NCBI GenBank assembly: GCA_963720465.1
Contig: OY970393.1
Span: forward strand, 576,001 to 640,000
Reading direction: 5' to 3'
Length of the DNA stretch: 64,000 nucleotides
DNA from: Methanobacteriota archaeon
GTDB taxonomy: Archaea; Halobacteriota; Bog-38; Methanoflorentales; Methanoflorentaceae
Shown here: positions 59,568 to 64,000 of the stretch, one piece after another
Position numbering within the stretch: position 1 is the stretch's first letter
Layout: every line of letters begins with the position of its first letter
The notes under the pieces: generated by a model
What the model was told of the DNA's origin: nothing
The model's input: the letters and a program-made list of their open reading frames with translations, nothing else
Databases searched by the model: none
Position numbers and translations under genes: made by a program

Positions 59568-61631
59568 ATGAGTGGTGATTTTAAGGAGCGGTGGGCGACA
59601 TTCTTCGTCCGATACTACGAGAGCCGGATACTCAAGCTCGCGAGCGAGTACCCAGAGGTAAACAGTATCGATGTGGACTATCAGGCCCTACAAAACTTCG
59701 ACATCGCTCTGGCAGATGCACTGATCGATGGCCCACTACCTATCCTAAGGTCAGCGCACGATGCGCTCCTTGAATATGATCTGCCCATCGAATGCAAACT
59801 GGACGCAGAAGTACGCATCGTTAACGTTCCTGACAAGACAAAGATTAGGGACCTGAGAAGTGACCACGTCGGCAAGCTCGTCTCAATCGAGGGGCTTGTA
59901 CGTAAAGCCACGGAGGTTCGTCCAAAGCTCACCGAAGCCGGCTTTGAATGTTTGAGCTGCGGCAACATAACAAGCGTCGAACAAGATGATGCCAAGCTCA
60001 AAGAGCCAGCTGAATGCTCTCACCGGGTCTGCAGGAAGAAGGGCCCTTTCAAGTTGAATTTCGCACATTCTAAATTCGCAGATGCCCAAAAAATTCGGCT
60101 GCAAGAGTCCCCGGAAGGCTTGAAAGGCGGAGAACAACCGCAGACGCTCGATGCAAACGTGGAAGCAACGCTGGCCGGAATGGTATTTCCCGGCGATAGA
60201 GTTGTTATGACTGGCTTACTGCGCGTTGCACAACGGCAGTATCAAAACGTGAAAAGCACGACCTTCGATTTGTTTCTCGAGGCAAATTCGATCGAAATAG
60301 AAGACAAAGAGTTTCAGGACATCGAAATATCGGGCGAGGATGCAAGCATAATAGAGAAGCTAGCAAAGACCGCAGGAATTGAACGCGCAATCGTGCGATC
60401 AATAGCTCCATCGATTTTCGGCTATGAGAGCGTCAAGGAGGCAATAGCGCTCCAACTGTTTTCGGGCGTGCCGAAAAAGCTTCCTGACGGTTCACACATT
60501 CGAGGAGATATTCACATTCTCCTTGTGGGCGATCCTGGCATAGGTAAGTCACAACTGCTGCGGTACGTCGTCCAGCTCGCGCCTAGAGGCATATACGCCA
60601 GTGGCAAGAGTTCGACTTCAGCGGGGTTAACGGCAACCGCGATAAAAGATGAATTTGGCGATGGCAGATGGACTCTAGAGGCGGGTGCACTTGTGCTCGC
60701 AGATCAAGGAATTGCGGCGGTTGATGAAATGGACAAGATGCGGTCTGAGGATAGATCTTCTCTGCACGAAGCGATGGAGCAGCAAACCGTCAGCGTGGCA
60801 AAAGCGGGAATTATGGCAAACCTCAAGAGCCGTTGCGCCCTGCTGGGAGCTGCGAACCCCCGATACGGGAGATTCGACCCGTACGAATCAATCGCGGAGC
60901 AAATCAATATGCAGCCCACCCTTCTTTCTCGCTTTGACCTGATCTTCGTGCTGACCGACGTGCCTAACGAGAACACTGATACAGGCATTGCGAAACACAT
61001 ACTCCAGTCACATTTTGCCGGAGAGCTTGCCTCCTCCGGGAGGCCCAATCAAGAGGTAGCGGCCGCAATGAGCATCATAAGTCCAGAAATTGATGCAGAG
61101 CTGCTTCGCAAGTTCATTGGGTTCGCGAAAAGGGTCAATCCAATCCTCACTGAAGATGCCAAGCAACAATTCATAGACTACTACGTAGGTTTAAGGAAAC
61201 AAGGCGGCGAGGGTTCGCCGATCCCTATAACTGCTCGCCAGCTTGAAGCTCTCGTGCGGCTTGCCGAAGCGAGCGCGCGCATGAGACTAAGCAAGTGGGT
61301 GACGCTCGAGGACGCAAAACGCGTTATTCTAATCGTCGAAGCGTGTCTAAAAGAGGTCGGCGTAGACCCTGAAACGGGGAAGCGAGATTTCGACGTAATA
61401 GCCGTTGGAAAAAGCAAAAGTCAACAAGAGCGGATCAAAAACATTAGAGATATCATCAGGGAACTCGAGCGTGAGGCGGGATCCGCGCACATTGACACAA
61501 TTGTAGAGAGGGCATCGAAACTAGGATTTGAAAAGGACAAAGTTGAAGCCGAAATAGCCCGACTGGTGCAGGAAGCGGCAATATTTGAGCCAGTCAGGTA
61601 CAGCCGTAACTATAGGCTTACACAACAATGA
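59568..61631 (+). CDS. mcm: Replicative helicase MCM (no intein)
   Basis: Zn finger CLSC...C....C, GDPGIGKSQ, SSTSAGLTA, VDEMDKM, HEAMEQQ, LLSRFDL, ITARQLE. Confidence 0.97.
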   Translation: MSGDFKERWATFFVRYYESRILKLASEYPEVNSIDVDYQALQNFDIALADALIDGPLPILRSAHDALLEYDLPIECKLDAEVRIVNVPDKTKIRDLRSDHVGKLVSIEGLVRKATEVRPKLTEAGFECLSCGNITSVEQDDAKLKEPAECSHRVCRKKGPFKLNFAHSKFADAQKIRLQESPEGLKGGEQPQTLDANVEATLAGMVFPGDRVVMTGLLRVAQRQYQNVKSTTFDLFLEANSIEIEDKEFQDIEISGEDASIIEKLAKTAGIERAIVRSIAPSIFGYESVKEAIALQLFSGVPKKLPDGSHIRGDIHILLVGDPGIGKSQLLRYVVQLAPRGIYASGKSSTSAGLTATAIKDEFGDGRWTLEAGALVLADQGIAAVDEMDKMRSEDRSSLHEAMEQQTVSVAKAGIMANLKSRCALLGAANPRYGRFDPYESIAEQINMQPTLLSRFDLIFVLTDVPNENTDTGIAKHILQSHFAGELASSGRPNQEVAAAMSIISPEIDAELLRKFIGFAKRVNPILTEDAKQQFIDYYVGLRKQGGEGSPIPITARQLEALVRLAEASARMRLSKWVTLEDAKRVILIVEACLKEVGVDPETGKRDFDVIAVGKSKSQQERIKNIRDIIRELEREAGSAHIDTIVERASKLGFEKDKVEAEIARLVQEAAIFEPVRYSRNYRLTQQ

Positions 61632-61662
61632 AATGCTCGAAAACGATGATGTCGGTACTCTG

Positions 61663-61959
61663 ATGACTATGTACTTGAAGTGGTACAGTGTCAACAAAGA
61701 GATCCTCGTAGCTGTATGTGATTCAGAACTAATCGGACGCACCTTTCGAGAAGGAGAGCTTCACCTCTCGGTGAACGAAGACTTCTTCAAGGGTAGTCCT
61801 GCAGATGAACACGAGGTGAAAAAGGCACTCGAAGATGCTACGATCGCGAATCTTGTCGGCGAACAATCTGTTGCCTGCGGCATTGACAGCGGCATCGTAG
61901 ATGAGCACTGTGTGATCACAATTGACGGCATTCCGCACGCCCAAATGGTTCTTTTCTAA
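61663..61959 (+). CDS. DUF424 family protein
   Basis: LVAVCDSELIG..F.EG, ATIANLVG, IDGIPHAQ. Confidence 0.88.
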   Translation: MTMYLKWYSVNKEILVAVCDSELIGRTFREGELHLSVNEDFFKGSPADEHEVKKALEDATIANLVGEQSVACGIDSGIVDEHCVITIDGIPHAQMVLF

Positions 61960-61974
61960 ATCACAGGAGATTAT

Positions 61975-62997
61975 TTGACTCCAAAGAGCGTTTGTCCCAG
62001 CTGTGGTGAGCCCTCGGATGGGATATGCGAGCGGTGTCTCGCACAAGACCGTACTATCGCGGCAGTTCCTGAATTCCTCACCATCAAAATATGTCCGACG
62101 TGCTCCGATCACTTTTTCAAAGGACACTGGCTGAATGACGATCTCGATAAAGCAATCGAACGTGTGGTCGAAGAGGCTCTGACGATCGATGCAGACGAAG
62201 CCACCGTCAAGGTCGTTTTAAATGAAGTTACGCAGACGATGGTACGTGGGCGCGTCGAAGTCGACGTTCCTCACATGGAGGACACGCAACACAAGAGTCT
62301 TGATATAAATGTTCGCGTAGACCGGGCTTCGTGCGACAGATGCAGTAGGATCTCAGGCGGTTACTACGAAAGCAAAGTTCAAATACGTGCTGACCACAGG
62401 ACGCCGGACGAGGCCGAACTGCTGCGAGCCCTGGAAATCGGAACAAGAACCATTGGACATGCACAGAAGGTGGATAGGCTGGCGTTTATTGCTAAGACCA
62501 TCCAGCTAAAAGAGGGCCTTGACCTGTACGTCGGCACAGTCAAAGCCGCAAAGCGAATTGTCCGCGCCTTGGTTCGAGAGATAGGGGGCAACTTCAGCGA
62601 TTCGGCCAAGCTTGTGGGACGACGCGACGGAAAGGACATTTACCGTGTGACCTTCGTCGTAAGGCTGCCTCAATTTCCGACCGGCACGATTATTTCGGCT
62701 AAGCAACACGTTTATGAGATATGCTCGGCAACAAGCAGGACAAACGCGGTCGACCTTGAATCGGGCCAAAGCGCTGCTTTGGATGCAGAGGATTTGCGCA
62801 ACGCCCAACTTTTAGGCGCTCGAAGCGAAGCGAAACAAACTGTGTTAGTATCGATCGATGCCGATGAGGCCCACCTGCTCGATCCAGAGACTTACGCCAC
62901 TCTTACCATCAAAAGGCCCCCGTATGTTTGTAAAGACGACCAAGGTAAAGAAATACAGGTCGTGAAGACCCAAGAAGGAGTGTTCATCCTTCCATGA
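61975..62997 (+). CDS. nmd3: NMD3 family ribosome biogenesis protein
   Basis: CPSCG, CERC, CPTC, CDRCSR..GGYYE..VQIR, GLDLYVG, KLVGRRDG. Confidence 0.92.
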   Translation: MTPKSVCPSCGEPSDGICERCLAQDRTIAAVPEFLTIKICPTCSDHFFKGHWLNDDLDKAIERVVEEALTIDADEATVKVVLNEVTQTMVRGRVEVDVPHMEDTQHKSLDINVRVDRASCDRCSRISGGYYESKVQIRADHRTPDEAELLRALEIGTRTIGHAQKVDRLAFIAKTIQLKEGLDLYVGTVKAAKRIVRALVREIGGNFSDSAKLVGRRDGKDIYRVTFVVRLPQFPTGTIISAKQHVYEICSATSRTNAVDLESGQSAALDAEDLRNAQLLGARSEAKQTVLVSIDADEAHLLDPETYATLTIKRPPYVCKDDQGKEIQVVKTQEGVFILP

Positions 62998-63815
62998 GAG
63001 GGCATCAGCTGCTTGAACCACTGCTACCGGGGCCACTCGCACAAGACGAAAAACAGTTGCTTCCCCGCAGGTGGCAGATCCTTGGCGACTTGGTGCTGGT
63101 AAATATCCCAGCGGAAATCGAGCACCTCAAGCACGAGATAGGCGAGGCGTTGCTGGACCTTTACCCACGCTGCAAGAGTGCATTGTGGGACAAAGGAGTA
63201 CGCGGAAGCCTCCGTACCCCTGACATCGAAGTCATTGCAGGGTCAGAAACGAGCACGATACATAAGGAAAACTATTGCAAATTCGCGCTCGACGCAAGCC
63301 GCGTGATGTTCTCTGCAGGCAACTTTGCGGAGCGAGTTCGAATGAGCAAAGTCGGCTGCAACGAAAAAGTCCTCGACATGTTCAGTGGCATAGGCCAGCT
63401 TTGCATACCAATGGCAGTGCACGCACATCCTCAGTCGATATGCGCGATTGAACTCAATTCAGTTGCATTTGGTTATCTCAAGCAGAATATTACGCTTAAC
63501 AACGTTGACGACATAGTCCGGCCCATCTTGGGCAACTGCGCTGACGTCACCGCAGAAGAGCAATTCGACCGCGTACTAATGGGACATTTTGACGCGTGCG
63601 ACTATCTTTGCAAAGCATTTCAAGCTCTCGCGCCCGGGGGCATCGTGCACTACCACGAAATCGTCCCGTTAGGATTGATGCGCGAGCGCCCGTGTACTCA
63701 CGTGACGCAAGCCGCACGAGCACTCACTCGATCAGTCGAGTTGCTCAGCGTGCGCAAAGTGAAGGACTACGCCCCGGGAATTGCACATGTCGTGGTGGAT
63801 GTTAGGGTAAATTAA
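62994..63815 (+). CDS. Trm5/Taw2-family SAM-dependent tRNA modification enzyme
   Basis: WQILGD, HKEN.C.F.LD...VMFSAGN..ER, DMFSGIG, IELN, DRVLMG, VKDYAPG. Confidence 0.88.
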   Translation: MRGHQLLEPLLPGPLAQDEKQLLPRRWQILGDLVLVNIPAEIEHLKHEIGEALLDLYPRCKSALWDKGVRGSLRTPDIEVIAGSETSTIHKENYCKFALDASRVMFSAGNFAERVRMSKVGCNEKVLDMFSGIGQLCIPMAVHAHPQSICAIELNSVAFGYLKQNITLNNVDDIVRPILGNCADVTAEEQFDRVLMGHFDACDYLCKAFQALAPGGIVHYHEIVPLGLMRERPCTHVTQAARALTRSVELLSVRKVKDYAPGIAHVVVDVRVN

Positions 63816-64000
63816 GCTCGCGTTTGACGCTGGTGGCGGCGTCAACCATCACTTTGAGCTTTTGAAATGCCACTTCCCTTTTCTGAAGGCGTAGCCCACA
63901 GTCGGGATTGATCCACATATCTGCACCAAAGACGTCTATGCCCCGCTCGATTCGCTTCTTTACCGTTTCTACCGATTCGACATCTTGCCGGTCAGTGTCG
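63802..64000 (-). CDS. metE: MetE-like methionine synthase, C-terminal fragment (gene continues beyond the window)
   Basis: Manual translation VESVETVKKRI...MWINPDCGLR...AFQKLKVMVDAA...ELNLP*. Confidence 0.85.
   Translation of the reverse strand, partial: DTDRQDVESVETVKKRIERGIDVFGADMWINPDCGLRLQKREVAFQKLKVMVDAATSVKRELNLP

Noticed and set aside
59568-61631. Intein in MCM or an adjacent replication origin
   Set aside because: 687 aa with uninterrupted motifs; no cdc6 gene or ORB-like repeats seen.
1-64000. CRISPR arrays, tRNA/rRNA genes, transposases or integrases
   Set aside because: No regularly spaced repeats, T-loop/cloverleaf signatures or mobile-element motifs were recognised by eye; tRNAscan-SE or Infernal would be needed to exclude small RNAs.

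Overview
A 64-kb core-genome window from a methanogenic archaeon. Gene content (sepS, class I lysS, artA, methanogenesis marker 8, mcrBDCGA) suggests Halobacteriota/Methanomicrobia-like affinity; the exact lineage cannot be fixed without a phylogeny. The left third is an energy/cofactor region. It holds a Mrp-DUF5320-NifB/X x2-COG1149 ATPase x2-CDF operon, a stand-alone group 4 [NiFe]-hydrogenase large subunit, a divergent HdrC-fragment/HdrB pair and a decayed sugar-dehydratase gene. The canonical mcrBDCGA operon lies head-to-head with mfnB-DUF169-cfbA-cfbE-cfbD-cfbB, which lacks cfbC. The rest is mostly housekeeping (translation, cofactor, lipid and DNA metabolism). The most unexpected element is a bacterial-type System II cytochrome c maturation pair (ResB/CcsB + CcsA, all four invariant His and the WWD motif present) lying between the two cis-prenyltransferase genes. 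Also seen: an mptD gene missed by the ORF track with an apparent ATA start, a 20-bp palindrome upstream of rbkR, a C/D K-turn in the rpl7ae leader, and four +1 frameshifts in short homopolymers (hdrB x2, lysS, a PLP lyase) that are probably assembly errors. No tRNA, rRNA, CRISPR array or transposase was recognised. All product calls come from motif recognition, not database searches.
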